From assembly GCF_018350175.1 (NCBI RefSeq), contig NC_058369.1, positions 51,088,001 to 51,152,000 on the forward strand: 64,000 bases of DNA, read 5' to 3'. The notes below the pieces were generated by a model that made no database searches, had not been told where the DNA came from, and saw nothing but the letters and a program-made list of their open reading frames with translations. The number at the start of each line of letters is the position of its first letter. The stretch's first letter is position 1. Both the position numbers and the translations under genes were made by a program. Source of the stretch: Felis catus (taxonomy: Eukaryota). Shown here in pieces: positions 1 to 32,420 of the stretch.

Positions 1-120
1 GCTGCGGGCACCGCCTGGGCCCGGCCTGATCCCTCCGGCCCCCGCCCCCTACTTCCTCCAGCCCCCTGAACTCTGCCGCCATACCCCTGTGGGCTCTGGG
101 TCTTCCTCACGGGCTTCCAG
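1..120. promoter_or_regulatory. Probable 3' edge of the BRPF1 5' CpG island (exon 1/intron 1 region)
   Basis: GC- and CpG-rich first ~110 nt, 1.6 kb upstream of the first coding exon (acceptor AG at 1635-1636). Exon 1 itself is not resolved in the window. Confidence 0.5.
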
Positions 121-869
121 TCTGAGTTCTTGTCTCCACCCCGTGTGCCCTGCCGCCCAGTCCCAGTGGGACATCTGCCGGGGGCTCTGTGCTACTTTGG
201 GAGCCAGGGCGACAGAGATGCAGGATACACCAGGGACCGACCCATCATTGAAAGAGAAGAGCTTGCCTGTTCCTCTGTTTGGTTTGTGTTTAAAGACACA
301 GCTGCAGGTAGGAAGTAAAAGTGAGTTGGAGTAGAGGGAGTAGTTTTACCGATGTAGAAGTCAGGGGCGCTGACAGAGAGGCTGGAGCAGCCCACTTGGC
401 TTGGCTAAGTCACAGGAGAGAAGCCAAGAGATGTCACCGTTTGTCTAGGAGCTCAGGGTGGCTTTGCCTGGAATGATGCCAACACCCTAGCTGAATTGTT
501 GAAGTCAGCTAGGCCTGGAGAAATTGGGGCAGTCTCTGACCACGTTGGGCTTCCTGGGGGCTGGTGCCATCTGCTGTCACTACTCACCCAGGAACATTGG
601 AGAGGAGGAAGGGAAGGCCCTAAGGACCAGCATGGAACTGAATGTGCCTAGATTGTCATGCTCTTGTTTGTACTCTTAAGTACCTGGTTATCACTCCCAG
701 AGCCAGGGCCAGGGCATAGGCTTCCCCTAAACACCTCAGAAATGAACTGCTTCTTTCTGTAATGCAATGATTTCTGCTTGGTGACCAGGATTAAATCATT
801 GGCTATCCATTCAAACTTCTACATGGGTTAACACTAGCCTTCATCTGTCAGATGATCTGATGATCCCCT

Positions 870-1420
870 CATTCAGTATTCATTAAACAAGTTCTTTATT
901 CATTTGCCAAAAACTGAGTGTCCACTACATGCCAGGTCCTGGGAATATATAGAGGTGGGTAGGCTCTCTGATGTCTGCACTGTATAGCACCTGGTCTAGT
1001 GGGAGGAGACAAAGAACTTCCAGTGTGGTAAGTGCCTTGGTGGAGATGACAATGGAATGCTATGGAAACACAGCTCTCCGTGGGAAAGACAAATCATAAC
1101 AGAAGAAGTGACATTTGAGTTGGGTTTTGAAGAAGGAGTAGGAGCTCACCAATCAGGATGGAAACCATTTCAAATCTTGCAGGAATGAGAGGTTATAACA
1201 TTCAGGGAATGGCAAATTGCCCAGGGTAGACAGAAGGACAGCTGTAACTAGTGAAAAGAAGAGTCTGGAAAGGAGGACTAGGGCCAATGAAAGGGGTACC
1301 TTGAATATCATCATAGGAAATTTGGATATTATCCTGAAATAAGTGGGGAGCATCAGGAAGCTTTTAATCAAAAGATTACATGGCTGTTGCTACTTGGTAA
1401 AAGATCACTCTGGCCACATT
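870..1420. mobile_element. L2 relic
   Basis: tcattcagtattcatt…actgagtgtccactacatgccagg…gacatttgagttgggttttgaagaagga… L2-like. Confidence 0.5.
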
Positions 1421-1622
1421 ATATGAAGTTAAGCTAGAATAGTTGAGATATGGGGCAGGATGACCAAGCAGGAGGCGATGAGGCCCAGACTGCCCATGGT
1501 ATGGAGGTGATGGCATTTGGAGTCACTGTAAAGGTGGGCTGGCCAGGACCTTTGGGGAGAAGGGGAGGGCTGGAGAGAGTAGGGGATGACCAGGAACTCT
1601 TCCCCAGGCCTGTGCTAACTGA

Positions 1623-14097
<12,475 letters not shown>

Positions 14098-14758
14098 TAA
14101 TGCCCAGCACAGCCCAACCTACAGTGCCCTGCCACCNNNNNNNNNNNNNNNNNNNNNNNNNNNNNNNNNNNNNNNNNNNNNNNNNNNNNNNNNNNNNNNN
14201 NNNNNNNNNNNNNNNNNNNNNNNNNNNNNNNNNNNNNNNNNNNNNNNNNNNNNNNNNNNNNNNNNNNNNNNNNNNNNNNNNNNNNNNNNNNNNNGCTCTG
14301 CGCATGGAGAGGGGAGGTCTCACTGGCCAGAGAGCCCCAGAGACCTCAGCATTGTAGTGCAGGGTGGTGGGCCAAGGTTAGGACACTGCATAAAACAGGC
14401 CATCCCACCACCTCTGTCTGCTCTGCTCATGCCAGGAGAATCTAACTGCCTAGTGGCCTGAGGCCCTTGCAGGTGGTGAGGTGAACGGGCATCTGCCCAG
14501 CCTAGCAGTGGGATTGATGTCTGTCCAGCCCGGAAGAGGGGCACTAGGTGACCCCCCTCCCCTGCTGTTGTAAATACTGTAATTAGCGGAGAATTTAAAT
14601 TATTCTCATTTGTAACTGCGTTTCCGGGTCGCGCCAGAGTCATTTGGTACTAAAAAAGACTGGGGCCTGTCCCCACTTCCCTTTTTCCCATAGATGCCCC
14701 CACCTTTCAAACTGGTTTGTATTTATTTCAAAGGAAGAAAATATATTGATTCTTAGAA

Positions 14759-14764
14759 AATAAA
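14759..14764 (+). terminator. BRPF1: BRPF1 polyadenylation signal AATAAA
   Basis: AATAAA about 660 nt after the stop codon, preceded by AU-rich 3'UTR sequence and followed by a U/GU-rich tract (gtctgtttggaattcttgggttctt). Confidence 0.75.
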
Positions 14765-15779
14765 TAGTCTGTTTGGAATTCTTGGGTTCTTGCCTTCTGC
14801 CAGGGCAAAAAGATAAAAAGAGAGGTTGTCCCTCAGGGATGGAAAATAATTGGGCTCAAGAGGTTGCTGGTTGCTGTGCATGCTGCATTTGTAAGACAAC
14901 AGCCAGGATAATATGATAGCTCCCATTTCCCAGGCACTCACTGGATGGCAAGCCTTTTTCTAAGCACTTTTAGATACACAATTTTATGTAATCCTTGCAA
15001 AAACTATAGGGAAAGTTAATAAGGTGGTTATCTCCACAAAGATACTGAGGTTTAGAAAAATGAAGTAACTTGCCTAAGTTCCCACAACTAGGAAGGCGCA
15101 GAGCTAGGATTTGAACTCCGGTCTCTGTCTACAAAGCTGGCTCTTTAGCCAGTATTCAGAACTAACTGCTAGAAGAAGTCTACGTCTCCTTCATGAATTT
15201 CAGAGGCTTCAAGTCCTTTGCCAGCAGGTTAGTCCCAAGTGCTTCAGAGTCCCCATAGCTGTGACCTTCCCGTTTAACTGGGGACGTAGCAGGTATGTAG
15301 AGGATTGCTCTGCATTCATTCCCAACCTTGGCATCTCCTTTACCGATGATTCATTCAGTTACTGCAGGAATGCTTTCCAAGTATGGGACACCTGTGGGCT
15401 GGCACACCTAGAGAGGAGACAGCCACAGGAGGTAGTTGCCCAGGGCCTTGCAGCTTTGGAGTGGAACAGACAAAAATAGCATTTGTCTGATGATAACCAT
15501 GCACGTGATGCTCCTCCCTACTAGGTACTGCGGGTGGGTCACAAATCTTGCCCTTAAGGAATTTGCGGTCTACTCACTGAAACACAGTAACCTCAGATCA
15601 CAGCGCTATGAGGTGAAAAGTGGCCCAGATAAAGTTCATGTCTCCTAGGTCCTTGCTTACTGTCTTCCTCCAGAAGGGAAGAAATTACATAACACAACTT
15701 TCTTGGGCCCAGGCAGCCCGCCCTGGAAACTGGAAGAGGCAGACGGACTGCCTCGGGCCCACAAGCCCCAGTGGGCACA

Positions 15780-17178
15780 GGGTGTGAGATGATGGAGCAC
15801 TGTTTAAGGAATGCCCTGCGACTGAAGGGAGCAGCTGGGTGGAGCGGCTGGGTAGCGCGGGGCGCGGCAGTCGGAGGACGAAGGTCTCTGAAAGAGTGAA
15901 CTCTGAAGAGACCTGACTGGAGTCGAGGCTCGGCGAGGCCTTGGAGGGAAGCGGCTTAGCGGGCGAGCGCGAAGACTCAATCCTCAAGCGGCGGACGCTG
16001 TGGAGACGTCTCGGCCGCTCGGAGGGGCCCGAGGTGTGTTCGGGTCCAATTCTCAGTCAGGAGGGCGAATATCTGACTGGAGAGGTTGGGTGGAGAAAGG
16101 CTCTCTGGGGATGGTGGGGGACAGGATTTGGCTCTGCGGACAAGCAAGCCATGAGGAACCCCAGGGTTCCGAGGAGATCTGGCAGTGTGGATTGGGGCCT
16201 GAGGGCGCATTCTGCGACCGGTCGGCGGGGCGCGGGGATCGGACACCCTTGCGTGCCCAGTGCAGACAACCCCAAAGGCAAGGCCGAGAGCGGGCAGCGA
16301 GCCCAGCGCGCGCCAACCGCTGCGGCCCCTCGGAGAGACCCGCCCATCCGCCGTCACACCCTATTCTCATTGGTGCCTCTTCTGCGCGGATTGGCTACCT
16401 CCGGATCCAATAAGCCAGGCTTGCATCCTACTTCCGGTGAGAGCGAAGTCGGCTCCCTGGAGAAGCCGGAAGAGTGCGTTTGCGCGCGCTTGCCGAAGTC
16501 GCGGCAGCTCTGAGCGCAGTGGTGCGCGCCGGGAGGCGTGGCCGGGAGAGCATTCATAACGGGAAAGGTCAGGAGGGTTGGTGCCCTGGTGGACTGTAAG
16601 GGGCGGGGCCTGCAGGGAGTGGAGGAATTAAATGAAATTGGGCGGGCCTTCAATAAACCTTTAGAGGCTAGGGCTTAGTGGGCAAGGCCTTAAAGAGTGC
16701 TGACTGTGTGGTCACGGTCTTTTGGCGATGAGTGGAGCTGGTACTGAGTAGGCGGGGCCATTATGGGGCGGAGCCTGGCGTGGAATTGTTAGCTGGGTCC
16801 TTTTTGCTCTGGAGCATGAGACATCGTACTCTAGCCGCTTTCCCGGCCCTGTGGGCCTCCATCCCTTGTCCACGCTCGGAACTGCGCCTGGACCTGGTTC
16901 TGGCTTCCGGACAGTCCTTCCGGTGAGTGACCCTGATTCTTGGCCCCTCAACACTGCAGTTCTGGAATGTAAAGGAATTTTGGGGGTGATGGAAGAAACC
17001 TCAGGGTGCAGAAGAGGAAGCAGACGCGGGTGGTGAGCCTGTTTACCTCCTTTCTAAGGTGGAGGTAAAAAGCCAGTGCAATGCGGGTGCCTGGGCGCTG
17101 CGCTGACAGCGTGGAGCCTGCTTGGGATTCTCTTTCCCCCCTCTCTGCCCCTTGCCCGCGTAAGTGCAAGCGCGCGCG

Positions 17179-17219
<41 letters not shown>

Positions 17220-17220
17220 G
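15780..17220. promoter_or_regulatory. OGG1 CpG-island promoter (TATA-less): CCAAT boxes, ETS site, GC boxes
   Basis: High CpG density. ATTGG at 16369 and 16390, CCAAT at 16407, ACTTCCGG (ETS/GABP) at 16430-16437, and several GGGCGG. The sequence from ~16428 (ctacttccggtg) resembles the start of the human OGG1 mRNA as recalled. Confidence 0.8.
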
Positions 17221-20200
17221 CTCTCAAAATAAATAAACTTTAACAAAAGAAACCAAAAAAAGGCCAGTGCCGTGTTGTGAGAATCAAACGACTTTGCATT
17301 TCCTAAGTCAGTGTTGTGTATGGAGCTGTTGTAGGATGGGAGGGCCCTAAAGGGTGCAAGAAGGAAAACTGAGTACCAGAGTTGCTGTGTGCCTGGGGGC
17401 TCAGGTGGAGGGAGCAAAACCCTGCGCACTGGACTGGCGTGCTGGGGAACCAAGTATGGACACTGACCCAGACTGAGGAGCAGATCTACTGTACTGTGTA
17501 CCGAGGGGACAAGGGTTGGGTTGGCAGGCCCACACCAGAAGAGCTAAAGACTGTGCACCAGTACTTCCAGCTGGATGTCAGCCTGGCTCAACTATATCAC
17601 CACTGGAGTTCCGTGGACCCCCACTTTCAAGAGGTGGCTCACAAATTCCAAGGTGAGTACAAGGATTGGGACAGGGGTTGGAGTTCTTGTAATTTGGTTA
17701 AATTATGCAGTTTCACCATCTGTAAAATGGGGATTATAATCCACCTCATAAGATTTTATGAGGATTGAAGGAGCTAATACGTGTAAAGTTTTGCTTAGAA
17801 TAGTGCCTGACACATAGTAATTATTATTACTATTATTGTTTTGCTGATTACCATAGTGTGGTGACAGGATATTGAGCCAAATCCTGGCTGTGTGACCTGG
17901 GACAGGTGACCTCATTCATTCTGTAAATATTTGCAGAGCATCTGCTGTGTGAACAAAACGGACACAAATCCCCATGGACACAAATCCCCACGCTCGTTGT
18001 GTTTACACTGTGGCTTCTTTATCCCTGGAATGTAAAGATAACCCCGACCTATGAGGAATGAGCGCTCTGGTGTTGTTTTCTCTATCAACGCTTTCCCTCA
18101 TTCCCCTAGATCCTCCTAGATCTTCAGTGCCTAGGATCTGAGGGTGGGAAGAGGCCACTCCTGACACCTGGTCTGTATCCTACCGCCTACCTTTCTGGTC
18201 TCCAGGTGTTCGACTTCTGCAACAGGACCCCGTCGAGTGCCTTTTTTCCTTCATCTGTTCCTCCAACAACAACATTGCTCGCATAACCGGCATGGTAGAA
18301 CGCCTCTGCCAGGCTTTCGGACCTCAGCTCATCCAGCTGGATGATGTCATCTACCATGGCTTCCCCAGCCTGCAGGCCCTGGCTGGTGAGTAGGTGGGTC
18401 CCTGCGCTCAGACCCTCCAATAGCTTTCAGGGTCTGTTCGGTTCTCCCCTGGTCCCCATCTCCCATCTCAAAGCTTCCTGCCTTCCCAAACACCCTCCTC
18501 ATCCAGAACCATCTTGCCTGGTCTGATCAGCCCTGCTTCATCCTCCCTGTCTGTCCTTGAAATGTCAGCACCTCACTAGCCTGTGCTTTTTACCCCATAG
18601 GTTCACTGCTTCATAAAAAATTTAAAAAACACATAGTATACAGTAGTATGGGGTTAAGACCACTCTTCTGGAGAATACCTACATCTGAATTCTTTTGGCA
18701 TTTGACATCTACCTATATGACCTGGAGCACATTATTTAATCACTCTGTGTTTCAGTTTCTTCATCTGTGGAATGGGAGAATAATGGCACTTACCTACCAG
18801 AGTTGCCACAAGGGTTAAGTAAAGAAATACACATACTGCACATAGTGCAGTATTTGACATACAGGAAGTATGCAGAAAATTGAAGTTGCTAACTCTACAG
18901 TGAACCCAACAATTTTGCATCCAAGAACATATATGTTCTTTATACCAGCCTTGTGAGGGAAGTATTTTACAGAAGCAAGTATATCAGTTGGTAGATGTGA
19001 GAATAAAGCTAGAAGAAGTGCTTAGGGACTGCATAGCAAGGAGACAGGATACCTAGAGAAAAGAGAATGTTTTTGGTGCTTAGAAACCCAGTATTGGGGG
19101 GAAAAAAAGAAACCCAGTGTTGGGTCTCAGCTCCCAGCTTAGTAGTCATAAGACCAAAAGAATTCATTTACCTATTGAAGCTTCTCTTGTTTGTAGGATG
19201 GGAATAACAGTTTCTATCCAGAAGGGTTTGAGTGGTGAGTAAAGCAGTCGTGAAGCAGGGTGCTCTAATAGGCTAAGAGCACAGGCATTGGTTTCTCAGA
19301 CCTGGGTACAAGATCCCATCTCCACCATGTCCTTTTTTGAACAAGTTATTAACCTCTTCTAAGTTCTTATTTTCTCCATCTGTAAAATTGGGAAAATAGC
19401 CATACTGTTGTCCGGTTCCTTGAGAAAAGCATGATAATGTACCTAAAGTACTTTGCCCATGCATAATACCCAGCACTTGATAATAGAAGCTGTTATTGTT
19501 ATTATAACCATTATTTTAGATCATGGGTGTAAATGCACTTTGGAAAGGATAACTGGGGAATTCCTCCAGGGCAGCAAGTCCTTCTTAGTCCCTGCTCCAG
19601 TGACCAACACTGGGTAGTAGGTGCTCAGAAAATATTTGCAGAGGAGCAAACTCAGGCTTTAACCCTTTCTTTTGAATATGCAAGTGTCCTGGGGTCTCAC
19701 AGAGGGTGATGAGGTGGGAGAGAGGTGCTTAGGGAAAGCATTCCTGTAGGGGGTAGAGGCCTCACACACTAGCCTAAAGACAGGAAAGATTTGAGGATCC
19801 CTGACCCCTGCTTTCTTCCCCATTCACCCACAGGGCCAGAGGTAGAAGCTCAGCTCAGGAAGCTTGGCCTGGGGTATCGTGCCCGCTACGTGAATGCCAG
19901 TGCGCGAGCCATCCTAGAAGAACAGGGCGGGTTGCCCTGGCTGCAGCAGCTGCACAAGGCCCCCTACGAGGAGGCCCACAAGGCCCTCTGCACCTTGCCT
20001 GGGGTGGGCACCAAGGTAATGTCCCAGGGGGACAGGAGCTACCCTCACCATCCACGCAGAGAGTAGCAGAGAAGGAGACAAGGCAGGCCTGAGAGCTTGG
20101 TACATGCTTGGCTTCTGGAGGCAGGGCAAAAAGGAGAAAGGATACAAGCAGATGTTTTATTAGAAAAAATGCAAAGTGCAGAAAGAGTATAAAGGATATT

Positions 20201-20888
20201 GTCCCAGGGCACCTGGCTGGCTCAGTCAGAAGAGCATGCAACTCTTGATCTGAGGGTCATGAATTCAAGCCCCACACTGGGTATAGAGATTACTTTTTAA
20301 AATAAATAAATAAATAGACTTTTAAAAAAAATGACATTGTCCCTTGAGTGCATTTTTTAGAAAGGCCATTTGTTCCAATGCACATATACACTGCTCTATG
20401 TATGCAGAATTTTCCAGAAGGAATCATTGGAAGCTTAAGAGTGGTTACATTTGGGAAGACAAATCAGAAGATGTTTCTCCTTTTCATGTTGTTTTTATCT
20501 TGAAATTTTGCGTACTTCTAAATCTTTTTGTTTAATATCAACAAGGTTAGCTAGCAGTAAGATGATTGGGAATTTGGCATTTATTGTTTTCTTCTTTATA
20601 CTTCTCTATAGTTTAAAAAATAGAGTTTTGTTTAAAAAACTTTTTTTTTTTTAAGTTTTTTTAAAGAACCTCAACCTAACATTAAATCTTGGTTATGCCT
20701 CTTCCTAGCCATGTAACCTTGGCCAAGTCACTTTATCTTTCGGAATCTCACTTTTTTGTCTGCAGAATAGATGTAGTAACTGCCTTCTTCCCAGGTTATG
20801 ATGAGGACCTGGCCTACATAGATGTTTACACAGTGGCACTCGCATCATACCTATTTTAAAAAAAAATTTTTAATGTTTACTTATTTTT

Positions 20889-20922
<34 letters not shown>

Positions 20923-21945
20923 GCATCAGCTGGGAAGGGGCAGAGAGAGAGGGAGACACAGAATCCGAAGCAGGCTTCAGGTTCTGAACTGTCAGCACAG
21001 AGCCCAATATGGGTTTCAGACTCATGAACCGTGAGATCATGACCTGAGACAAGTAGGACTCTCAACCAACTGAGCCATCCAGGCACCCCTCATCATATCT
21101 ATTTTTAAAATTATTAAAAGAGAGTGTGTATTGATTGAAAATATAAAATAATAGTAACCTCAGAGTGGAGGAGGAAGCAGCCAACTTTGGGACTAGAAAT
21201 AGGATGCTGGTTGGATCCTGCCTTTCCTCCTCTGTGGCTCACTCTTTGTCTCTTAAAGGTAGCTGACTGCATCTGCTTGATGGCCCTAGACAAGCCCCAG
21301 GCCGTGCCCGTGGATATCCACATGTGGCAGATTGCCCAGCGTGACTACAGCTGGCACCCCACCATGTCCCAGGCCAAGGGTCCAAGCCCCCAGGCTAACA
21401 AGGAACTGGGTAAGGAGAGAGTGGGATGCTGGGGCTAGCAGCGGGCTGAGGTGGTAGAAACTTTTCATACCTCTCTGTAAAATCCCACTCCTGTGGATAG
21501 GGAATAAGTAGGAAGGCCAATTAATTTCACCTTTGCACTTCTGGCATAGGAAACTTTTTCCGGAGCCTGTGGGGACCTTATGCTGGCTGGGCCCAAGCAG
21601 TAAGTGTTCTGAGGCTCCCTCTCCTCCTCCAGCCCAGACCCCATAAGACTCCTCCCCCCGTCCTGACCCAGTAGACCCTTCCACCACCACCATTTCAGGT
21701 GACCCTACTGGACTCTTTACCCACCCCAGTCCTGACTCTAGTGGATGTTCCTTGCCCTGGCCCTGCTGCCTGTATACCTCTCCACACTGCCACTGGCCCC
21801 ATCAGTCCTGACCCCGTGTACCCTGACCCCATGCAGTGTCCTTCCCCACTGTCCCCAGGTGCTGTTCAGTGCTGACCTGCGCCAACTCCACCGAGCTCAG
21901 GAGCCACCAGCAAAGCGCAGGAGATCTACAGGCCTTGAAGGCTAG
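16816..21945 (+). CDS. OGG1: 8-oxoguanine DNA glycosylase/AP lyase (type 1a/alpha isoform); 334 aa from ATG 16816, or 344 aa if the in-frame TTG at 16786 is used
   Basis: Exons: 16816-16922, 17405-17652, 18206-18385, 19834-20015, 21259-21409, 21550-21599, 21859-21945 (TAG). All are GT-AG and phase-consistent (1005 nt). HhH-GPD motif LPGVGTK|[21 protein letters not shown] retains the K249, C253, D268 and H270 equivalents, plus G42, Q315 and F319. Confidence 0.97.
17085..17260 (+). mobile_element. CAN-SINE with internal deletion of the tRNA-derived head, carrying (GC)9(AC)15
   Basis: gggtgcctgggc joins directly to gctgcgctgacagcgtggagcctgcttgggattc. A-rich tail; TSD-like a(a/g)gccagtgc on both sides. 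Confidence 0.85.
20207..20330 (+). mobile_element. Short CAN-SINE (older SINEC type)
   Basis: gggcacctggctggctcagtcagaagagcatgcaactcttgatc…cccacactgggtatagagattac followed by an (AAAT)n tail. Confidence 0.85.
20868..21090 (-). mobile_element. CAN-SINE (SINEC_Fc-like) with (GACA)n
   Basis: Reverse complement of the ggggtgcctggatggctcagttggttgag… head, CT-rich body and A tail. Confidence 0.9.
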
Positions 21946-22137
21946 GTGGGGGGCACTGGACAAAGGGATACCCCAAATACCTTTCCCCACCTCTCTTCCC
22001 CATCCAGTCTCATGTTGGGAAGAGGGCTTCTTGCAGCTACCTCAGGGGCCAGGTCCCCTCACATTAAGTAGTTTGCACAACATTGTGGGGTGGAGGTTAT
22101 CTGGTGAGACAGAGCTACTATGTTTTTATCTCTTCCC

Positions 22138-22143
22138 TTTATT
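22138..22143 (-). terminator. CAMK1: CAMK1 polyadenylation signal AATAAA (TTTATT on + strand)
   Basis: Canonical hexamer on the - strand about 170 nt after the CAMK1 stop codon. Confidence 0.75.
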
Positions 22144-22155
22144 ACAAGAAAGAAC

Positions 22156-22161
22156 AATAAA
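22156..22161 (+). terminator. OGG1: OGG1 polyadenylation signal AATAAA
   Basis: First AATAAA on the + strand after the stop codon (about 210 nt downstream). Confidence 0.75.
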
Positions 22162-22311
22162 ATAGAAACATTTGTATGGAAAATGCAGTGGAGGAGTGAT
22201 AGGGAAAGGGGTGGGAAGGCAGTGAGGCTGGGTAACTCCAATTCAGGGAGGGAAGGAGCAGGCTGCCCCAACCCCTCCCACACAAAGGATCTGGACCCTG
22301 GATCTGGGGCC

Positions 22312-31059
<8,748 letters not shown>

Positions 31060-32357
31060 TCAGCCTGCATGTATTCATTCCTTGATTCATTCATTTGACA
31101 AAGTTATTCAGCAAACTCACTCACTCACTAGTCTTTTGTTCACCCAACAAATCCTCATGCCTAAAGGAAAATCCTTCAAGATGGCAGCAGAATTCTTTTC
31201 TCAACAAAGTCATTTGTTCATTTATTCAGCTCCAGGTTTCTCCCTCTCCAAATCAAAACACTCAGGAGGACGCTGACCTCCAGGAGAACAGCAGAGAAGA
31301 CCCCAGAGCAGCTTGTACAAGTAAGTGCACAGCCCTGGAGGGTTCCCCCTGTCTCCAGAACCAGGAATGTCCCAGCCCCACCCTGGGAATTGCTGGGGTG
31401 TCTCCTCTCCTTCCTCTTTCTTCTTCCACCCAGTCTCTCGGAAATCAGGTTTCCGGCAGCCTGGGCTTCCAGCAATATCTCAGCCACGTTTTTAAATAGC
31501 TCCTTCTGCACTGTTACCACGGCAACAGCAGCCACAGCTGGAGCTCCCCAGGCCACCTATTATACCCCCTCTCCCTTCTGGCTCCCTGTTTGGGTCCCAG
31601 AAGCCTGAGAAATGGTCCTACCCAGTCTGTCCCCTCCTGGCTTCTTCTGACCCTGCTCCAGCCTGTACCTTTCTTCAGAGACCTCTGTCAGCAGGGAGTT
31701 CTCTCCCCATTTATCAGATGGAGAATAGGGAGACTGAGGTTGGAGACAGATATGGACTGGGTCCAAAGTTGCCCAAATGATGACTGGCTGGGGCCCAGTT
31801 AAGCTTGCTGAGTGCCAAGGACTTTGACAGGGCCACTCTCAGCTTGTCCTTCCAATATGCAGCCAGACTGGAGCCCATTCAGACCCAGTATGCTCTGTGA
31901 CCTCAAGGAGGGCACTTCCTGTTTCCCCTGTGGGAGAATGAAAGGAAGGTGTCCTGACTAGAGTCCCTGGTGTGAGACCCCACTCCTTGGATAGGACCTT
32001 GTTTCCAGGGGGTCCTAGCCACCCATCCCAGGGGCAGAAACTTCTAGGAAAGGAGATATGATGGTAGGCTCTAGAAACACAGTTTTAAAGCCCACTTGGA
32101 GGCCTGGCAAATGCAGCCCTTCTAGTTACACACATATCTCTGCACCTGGACACACCACACCAAGCTCCACCCACAATACCTGCCCCAGATTCAGTACATT
32201 CCATCCCCAGATACCCCAACACCTGATCATACATGTGTACCCAGGCATCAGCACACATGTCCAAAGATACACTCCCCTTGACATCCTCACATCCCAACAT
32301 CCCTCCCACAGATCCCTCTTACACCCCAAAAACACACATCTGCACACACTCAGACCA

Positions 32358-32359
<2 letters not shown>

Positions 32360-32420
<61 letters not shown>
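32360..32420. repeat. Compound (TC)20(CA)10 microsatellite, CAMK1 intron 1
   Basis: Read directly. Confidence 0.95.

Noticed and set aside
15941-16653. Several 100-190 aa ORFs on both strands in the OGG1 promoter
   Set aside because: Expected in a GC-rich CpG island depleted of stops. They are Arg/Gly/Pro/Ala-biased, mostly have non-ATG starts and show no recognisable domain.
17042-17069. 9-bp inverted repeat tttacctcc…ggaggtaaa in OGG1 intron 1
   Set aside because: A short stem with a 10-nt loop is plausible by chance in 64 kb, and there is no supporting context.
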